A stretch of 64,000 bases of DNA from an uncultured Nitrososphaerota archaeon (GTDB lineage Archaea; Asgardarchaeota; Njordarchaeia; Njordarchaeales; Njordarchaeaceae): assembly GCA_964518475.1 (NCBI GenBank), contig CAZFGR010000009.1, positions 1 through 64,000 on the forward strand, given 5' to 3'. A program made the translations under genes and the position numbers. The notes beneath the pieces were generated by a model, which was not told the origin of the DNA, searched no databases, and saw only the letters and a list, made by a program, of their open reading frames with translations. Below, piece by piece: positions 58,323 through 64,000 of this stretch; the first letter of the stretch is position 1, and the number at the start of each line of letters is the position of its first letter.

Positions 58323-58532
58323 TTATAGGTAGCCCAGGCTCCTTAACCTCTCCTTGATCGCTTCCTCTTCCTCCTTAGAGTATACCGTTTCCTCCTCTTC
58401 CTCTAGTACTTGCTCTAGAACATAAGTAACGAAGTCATCGACTGTCTTAAATTCGGTATCCTTGATCTCTCTCAATATCCTATCATATAGTTTTTTAGGA
58501 ATCTTAACACTCACAAACTCTTCAGATCCCAT
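58323..58532 (-). CDS. CopG/RHH protein with C-terminal LRSLGY tail
   Basis: VSVKIPKKLYD...FKTVDDFVTYVLE; ends EEEEAIKERLRSLGYL; start refined to ATG 58532. Confidence 0.85.
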   Translation of the reverse strand: MGSEEFVSVKIPKKLYDRILREIKDTEFKTVDDFVTYVLEQVLEEEEETVYSKEEEEAIKERLRSLGYL

Positions 58533-58729
58533 ACCTACCCCCCACACAAGGAATGATGTAAAATGTTTATTGTACATTAAAGCATGCTAATCCTTAATCC
58601 CTTTAAATAAATTATCGTTTCGGAGACGATCCCAACTAACAGAAGCGGAGCTTCTAAGCTAATAAGGAAAGGTCTCGAATCTGGAAGCTTCTTTAACCCA
58701 TCTTTCTTCACGGAAAATCAGAATTATGT

Positions 58730-59260
58730 GAAGCAATATTTGTATCGAGACTTCTTAGTCAACCATCTTTTTGTTTTGTACCATTTATTAGAATTCCCCA
58801 GCGGGGCGTAGAGTACTGCAGGGAATAGGATGAACCAGAGAACTGGGAGCAGAAACACGTATTTTTCAGTTTTGCCATGCCTTGTCTTTTGAGATCATGC
58901 AATAGATCGCACCGATATAGATTAATACTCTTATTAAGCTTCTCCCCATATTCACGAGAAAACATCAGGAATCGTTCTAAACATTTTTTTCAAATCCATG
59001 CATATAGCGAGGGTATGAGTAATATTCTCATTTACAACGATTAAACCAATGACAGCGTACTGGGAAAAATTCTCAGTAGTAACACTAGATGGTACTAGGA
59101 ACGCATGGGATAAGCATAGTTATTGCTACTCTTAGACATCGCTCTCTCCTTCCACCACTAGTTGTACCTTCCCTAGTGTACCTTAGAGAATATAACAGGT
59201 AACACCAAAACAATAACAAGGAGTAGTACCTAGTTTCGTTTCCTTTATTCTGGTTATAAA
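58730..59260 (-). pseudogene. Possible decayed membrane-protein gene
   Basis: Hydrophobic fragments in different minus frames (VLLLVIVLVLPVIFS; LIRVLIYIGAIY; YVFLLPVLWFILFPAVLY) separated by stops and frameshifts, in a roughly 800-bp gap. Confidence 0.3.
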
Positions 59261-59342
59261 CATTCTGTGGAGTATTGTCACTTAATGGTCTCGTTTATAT
59301 GAAATGCATCAAATTCTGCTTTGCTTCAGAATTATTCTAAAA

Positions 59343-59792
59343 CTATTCTTCTTCATACTTATGCTCTTTTAGGTATTCTAGGGGACTGAGAACTTCTGCA
59401 TTTATTTTACCCTTAAAATGTTTTATATTCCATGTTATGAGCACCTCTACGTTGTGCTGCTCGATTACTTGTGCTATTTGAGCATCCCCATACGGGATCC
59501 CCCTCCTTATATAGGATAAAATAGATGTTACATATTGAGCCCAATCCAAGACTTCTTCTGGGAAGAGAATCAGAATTTCCTTACTCCTTAAATACCTCTC
59601 TGCAACACCATTTATTTTATGCGCTAGTCCAGCCATTGCGTATAATCCGCACAATTCTAGTAAGTTATGAATAGTCGTACATAAGCCACCCCTTTTTATA
59701 AGAATTTTGAGAACTTTTTCGTTAGTCTCGTATCTCTTATCCCAAGTGAATAAATGATGAATGGCGAGAACATCCGTGTCTAAACAAATCAA
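59343..59792 (-). CDS. vapC: PIN-domain toxin (VapC-like)
   Basis: ICLDTDVL, TT.HNLLE, GDAQIA, ITWN.KHF. Confidence 0.88.
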   Translation of the reverse strand: MICLDTDVLAIHHLFTWDKRYETNEKVLKILIKRGGLCTTIHNLLELCGLYAMAGLAHKINGVAERYLRSKEILILFPEEVLDWAQYVTSILSYIRRGIPYGDAQIAQVIEQHNVEVLITWNIKHFKGKINAEVLSPLEYLKEHKYEEE

Positions 59793-60127
59793 ACTTCTCG
59801 CCCTCTTATTTTTTCAAGAATCTTGTCTAAGTCGTCAGTACCATATCGTTCCTTAAATGCCCTCCTCACTTTGTCAACATCCTCTGCCTCACCAATATCC
59901 ATGATTGAAGAATCTCTGGGAAGCTTTTTCATAAGATACAACCTAATCAATCTCCCAACTCTATCTAGCCTATCAAATCTCTCAATTAAGTGCCTAATAG
60001 CATCCGCAATAGCCTCTGTTCTATCCCTGTAATAACCCTCCTTCAATAACCTATCAAGCTCTGCTACCAAAGTCGCGGGCAGTCTCACCTGAATAAGCAC
60101 CCGATCCTTATTCCTCATAAGCATCAC
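59789..60127 (-). CDS. vapB: RHH antitoxin (VapB-like)
   Basis: IQVRLP..LV.ELD.L...GYY.DRTEAI.DAIR; 4-nt overlap with the PIN gene. Confidence 0.82.
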   Translation of the reverse strand: MMLMRNKDRVLIQVRLPATLVAELDRLLKEGYYRDRTEAIADAIRHLIERFDRLDRVGRLIRLYLMKKLPRDSSIMDIGEAEDVDKVRRAFKERYGTDDLDKILEKIRGREV

Positions 60128-60131
60128 CTAA

Positions 60132-60149
60132 TATCATTATATAATGATA
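60132..60149. promoter_or_regulatory. Perfect 18-bp palindrome TATCATTATATAATGATA, candidate VapBC operator
   Basis: Lies immediately upstream of the antitoxin start codon. Confidence 0.6.
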
Positions 60150-60646
60150 CTATCATACATAAAAGCTTGTATAATCAAGCGATGCATCCTCTGCATCCTA
60201 ATCTATCTAAGAGACTGTTAAAATTCCTTAATAGCTGAACAGAATCTCCAAATACCTGCATAGCCTATTTGAATCCCTTCACAATACCTTTGTCTAAAGC
60301 GACGAGAATCTTTCTCCATTCACAGTAGATCCTAACGGCGTAAAATTGTAGTGCACGTTTCCTTACAGTTATAACATATGCTTCTTGGATAACCATCACG
60401 CCAAACCTTGAGAACCTTCAGGATCATTTCTTCCCTAGTATTAACTAACCACCAGCTAGTCTTCTCATTAATGATAGCATCCACATTAGAAAACACCAGA
60501 ACACTTCCTGAATTACGTGTGAATTTTCCCAATCTTTCTCTCAACCAAGAAATACCCGCCTCCCTAAACAACGATCTCCAGATTCTGTTTTTATATACCA
60601 TATGCATTATATATCATATGTAATATATACTATTTGTGTGATAGAA

Positions 60647-62137
60647 ATGATCTTCGTAGACAGAGAAGAAGAACTACGAAAACTCGAAAAACTCCTTAAT
60701 CTAAGACTGTCTGGAACACAAACATTTGTCCTCCTATATGGATTGAGACGAGTAGGAAAAACGACTCTCATCGATAAGTTCCTCAGATCAAAAAAGGGTG
60801 TCAGAATAGACTGTGGCTCAATGGTATCTGGCAGCGACTTTTTCCGAGGAATATATTCTGCCCTCTCAGATCTAGGGAAGGAAAACAATGCACTTACTCG
60901 ATATAGAGGCCTTTATGAGGCACCTCTAGATGATGATATTGAAATGATTAATCAAGCATTTGATCTCCTTAACGAATTCGTCAAATCCATGAATTATTTA
61001 GTTGTGGCATTCGACGAGTTACACGGATTCATAGAGAACTACGCAAGGCTCAGAGGTGAACGCTACCTCGTGGCGAGAGAAAGAATCTTATGGGTTCTGC
61101 GAAACAATCTCCGGGAATCAGATATCAAAATATTCTTCATAATAGTTACGAGCGCAGGATTCCTCTTCGAAGAGTATGGCCGAGCAGATAGGGCCTTCAT
61201 GGGGTTATTCCACCGAGTAAGAATCGACCCCCTAAGCATAGAGCATAGCGAAGAGCTGGCAAGGAAACTACTAGATATGGCTGGCGTAGAATACTCCAGA
61301 GAAGTAATTAGAGAAATCGCCCGACTATCTGGAGGCATTCCAAAAGTTATAGAACTGCTGGTCGGACTAATCATAGGAAAAGAAAAAGTATCCCTAAATA
61401 ATCTAATAGAGAAAGTAAGGGAGGCACTCATTAGAGGAGACTTTGACGACTTCTTTGAAGCATACATAAACTTCGTCGCCGACTACTCCAGGTGGGACAA
61501 GACGACGATTCTGAGAATACTAAGATGCTTGGCAGAGAAGAAGAAACCAAAGGAAATAAGCGCGGTGACGAGGATAAAGTACTACACAGTTCTCAACATC
61601 CTCGCAGATCTAAGAAAAAAACATGTAATCACGAAGAATAACGAGATAGCATACCCACTATTGAAAGAATGGTTACTCGCAGGGAAGCACCCACCAAGCG
61701 GGAAAAGACGAATAGATCTCCTAATGCAATCCCTAGGAATAACTTATGAAGCCTATATCAGAGAACTACTGAGAAGCATAAATAAGAGAATCGTAATAGA
61801 AGGCGAAGAACTATTCTTCGGAACAACAGACAAACTAGTAATAGAACCAATAGATAAAGTAGAGACAACAGATGAAATCGACTTCATCGCGCATCAAAAA
61901 ACATGCCAATACGTAATAGGGAAAGTAAAACTAGGAACAATGACAAAAAACGACATAGCGAAACTACTGAGAAAGAAAGAGGAATTAGGAATAGAGGCAA
62001 AAGCCGTGATCATTGCAAAGAACGCAGACCCAGTAGCAATAGCAGAAGCCACAAGAAGAAAAGTAGTAATAATAAGCCACGAAGCAATAAACCAAATAGC
62101 AAGAAAAATTGGAAAACCATCAATAAAAGTAGACTAA
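60647..62137 (+). CDS. Archaeal AAA+ ATPase (COG1672-like) with wHTH and degenerate C-terminal PD-(D/E)XK domain
   Basis: FVDREEEL, YGLRRVGKTT, AFDELH, SGGIP, EIDF...GKVK; start refined to ATG 60647. Confidence 0.85.
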   Translation: MIFVDREEELRKLEKLLNLRLSGTQTFVLLYGLRRVGKTTLIDKFLRSKKGVRIDCGSMVSGSDFFRGIYSALSDLGKENNALTRYRGLYEAPLDDDIEMINQAFDLLNEFVKSMNYLVVAFDELHGFIENYARLRGERYLVARERILWVLRNNLRESDIKIFFIIVTSAGFLFEEYGRADRAFMGLFHRVRIDPLSIEHSEELARKLLDMAGVEYSREVIREIARLSGGIPKVIELLVGLIIGKEKVSLNNLIEKVREALIRGDFDDFFEAYINFVADYSRWDKTTILRILRCLAEKKKPKEISAVTRIKYYTVLNILADLRKKHVITKNNEIAYPLLKEWLLAGKHPPSGKRRIDLLMQSLGITYEAYIRELLRSINKRIVIEGEELFFGTTDKLVIEPIDKVETTDEIDFIAHQKTCQYVIGKVKLGTMTKNDIAKLLRKKEELGIEAKAVIIAKNADPVAIAEATRRKVVIISHEAINQIARKIGKPSIKVD

Positions 62138-62422
62138 AGCACCCACAGTTCTTAGTTAGAGTCCATATAAGAAAATACACTAATACCAATAATGTATCAG
62201 GAATCTACAGTCCCCTACCTTAAGCCCCAGTCCTGCCCCTTAGTATTCTCTCCCAAAATCGGGTAGTGGTGGCCTAGCTGGCTCTACCCCGATTTACAAA
62301 AAGGCGTTTAGCTGCAAAACTAGGTTAAGGAGAAAGGGATGAATTTGAAAAAGCGATAAATAAAAATGCATATAAAGAAACAAAGCAATAAAGGAGAACA
62401 ACACTTAAGCAGTGGGGAAGAG

Positions 62423-63349
62423 ATGAGAAAGAAACCGTACATAGTCGCGGGAATTCCCGCGTACAATGAGGAGAAGACGATTGCGAAAGTTGTATTGTTG
62501 ACAAAGAAGTACGTGGACAAAGTAGTCGTGGTAGATGATGGATCAACAGACATGACGGCGGAGATCGCGGAAGCCTTGGGAGCAGAAGTAATAAGACACA
62601 AAGAGAATATGGGATATGGAGCAGCACTACAGACAATATTCCACAAAGCAAGAAGAGAAGACGCAGACATCCTCGTCATACTAGATGCTGATGGACAGCA
62701 CGATCCTTCAGAAATTCCGAAACTTATAGAACCGATAATGAAGGGTAAAGCAGATATTGTGATAGGTTCTCGATTTCTAGGAAAAACGGATGCGAAGAAA
62801 TATAGACTTATGGGAGTGAAGATGCTCACTAAGGCAACAAATATCCTAATGAAAGCCGAACTTACGGATGCGCAAAGCGGATTTAGGGCATATAACAAGA
62901 AGGCTATTCAACTAATAAGACCAACAGAGGACGGTATGGGAGCGAGCGTGGAAATACTCTCACAAGCAATAGATAATAATTTGAAAATAGTTGAGGTACC
63001 GATAACGATAAGGTATGAAGGACTAGAGACCTCAAGCGAACACCCATTAATTCACGGAGCTGGTGTAGCGGGAACATTAATAACCAAAACAATAGGACGA
63101 AAACCCCTGAGATACCTCGGGGTACCAGGGATAATGAGTATCTTTGCTGGACTCTATTTCATAAACTGGTTGGTAGCACTATATAATCAGGAACATTACT
63201 TCAGCCTACCAATGGCAATAATAGCCCTAGGATTCATATCCGTGGGAATAGTATTATTATCCTCTGCAATAATAATACACATAGTAAGAAATCTAGAGAA
63301 AAAAATAATTGCATACGAGTACACAGTTATTTCTCATAAAAAATCTTAG
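62423..63349 (+). CDS. GT2 polyprenol-phosphate glycosyltransferase (DPM1-like) with two C-terminal TMs
   Basis: IPAYNEE, VDDGSTD, GYG.A, DADGQH, GSRF, DAQSGFRAY; start refined to ATG 62423. Confidence 0.9.
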   Translation: MRKKPYIVAGIPAYNEEKTIAKVVLLTKKYVDKVVVVDDGSTDMTAEIAEALGAEVIRHKENMGYGAALQTIFHKARREDADILVILDADGQHDPSEIPKLIEPIMKGKADIVIGSRFLGKTDAKKYRLMGVKMLTKATNILMKAELTDAQSGFRAYNKKAIQLIRPTEDGMGASVEILSQAIDNNLKIVEVPITIRYEGLETSSEHPLIHGAGVAGTLITKTIGRKPLRYLGVPGIMSIFAGLYFINWLVALYNQEHYFSLPMAIIALGFISVGIVLLSSAIIIHIVRNLEKKIIAYEYTVISHKKS

Positions 63350-63518
63350 ATAAGCCACAAGTTAAAGAACCGTTACCTATCTTTTATAGTACCAGTTTTT
63401 AATTTACTCATTACTCATGATTTAGAGGTACTTAGAGAATGCACAATTGCAGTTGATTAGGATAGGAATCAAAAATATTATGCTCTAAAATTTCGAAAAA
63501 GGGCTAGGGGAGAATCCT

Positions 63519-64000
63519 ATGCATGAAAAAAAGAGTTGGTCAATAAACCTCAACGGTATCTCTTTTTCCATAACATTTCTCCTTTTCATAGCCTTAAGCT
63601 TGTCTCTTAGTCTCTTTCCCACGCTTCGTTATAGGTTGCCTCGATTATCAGATAGTTGGGTTCATCTGTTGCGCCTCTCTAGAATCTCATCTTATGGACT
63701 AACGTTTGATACGATAGTATACATATTTGAGCACCGTTATTATCCCCTCTTTTATATAGTTATGGCTCTCTTAGGCATAACAACCCCTTTTGCTGCTACC
63801 TTAGTTGCTTCTATTAACACGTTCTTAATTGCTTTAGCCACATTCTTCCTAGCAAGAGAAGCAACGAAGGATGATAAGGTATCTGTCATAGCTGGTGCTC
63901 TACTCTCCTCGTCAAACATATTTTTGCTTGCCGAAAATGTTTTCTTCCCAGAAGCATTAGCTATTCTTCTATACATTATAGAATCTCTTCTCATTATTAG
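63519..64000 (+). CDS. GT-C fold membrane glycosyltransferase, N-terminal part (runs off window)
   Basis: Not in ORF track. ATG 63519 after GGGGAG: MHEKKSW-TM-...SDSWVH...YYPLFY...ATFFLARE...VIAGALL...FFPEALA; frame open to the window end. Confidence 0.8.
   Translation, partial: MHEKKSWSINLNGISFSITFLLFIALSLSLSLFPTLRYRLPRLSDSWVHLLRLSRISSYGLTFDTIVYIFEHRYYPLFYIVMALLGITTPFAATLVASINTFLIALATFFLAREATKDDKVSVIAGALLSSSNIFLLAENVFFPEALAILLYIIESLLII

Noticed and set aside
60180-60623. ORFs 60332..60607 and 60408..60623; possible TnpB/transposase remnant (KILVALDKGI)
   Set aside because: Only a vague RuvC-I-like resemblance, with no other motifs or element ends; cannot be supported.
757-63092. Numerous 60-190 aa ORFs nested in or antisense to larger genes (e.g. 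1576..2049, 17304..17735, 18785..19318, 48103..48639, 53284..53520, 62320..62898)
   Set aside because: Shadow frames of well-supported genes, with Ser/Phe-rich antisense composition and no motifs.
63480-63690. Apparent decayed vapC start (LRFID...) on the minus strand
   Set aside because: Better explained as the antisense of the intact GT-C 5' region.
63752-63994. Minus-strand 80-aa ORF in the track
   Set aside because: Antisense shadow of the plus-strand GT-C gene starting at 63519.

Overview
64 kb of a gene-dense, AT-rich archaeal chromosome. The Lys/Glu/Ile-rich proteins and GGTG/GGAG ribosome-binding sites suggest a thermophile. A longin/uDENN-winged-helix protein, HEAT solenoids and a DPM2-like protein point to an Asgard-related lineage, while the short XPF and single-OB SSB look TACK-like; the taxonomy is inference only. 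Core genes: enolase, pyruvate kinase, AMP phosphorylase, IorA/IorB, GlmS, XPB, XPF, SSB, Hjc and pyroglutamyl peptidase. There are three very large membrane-anchored surface proteins, an ABC-2/S-layer-family/adhesin operon, tandem CLC transporters and scattered glycosylation genes. The right end carries a sat-hydrolase-cysC cluster and an accessory block (VapBC, AAA ATPase, GT2, GT-C). Highlights: (1) a PAPS-forming cluster with no reductase or canonical sulfotransferase in the window, where two RHH proteins and CysC share a C-terminal L-x-x-L-G-Y tail that the alkaline-phosphatase-superfamily enzyme lacks; (2) a longin-wHTH/HEAT/XPB/AMP-phosphorylase operon; (3) a surface protein with an 18-residue N-glycosylated coiled-coil stalk; (4) an H/ACA guide RNA and a structured ssb leader; (5) three coding regions missing from the ORF track. 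No tRNA, rRNA, CRISPR array or intact transposase was seen. All family calls come from motif recognition by eye; no searches were run.
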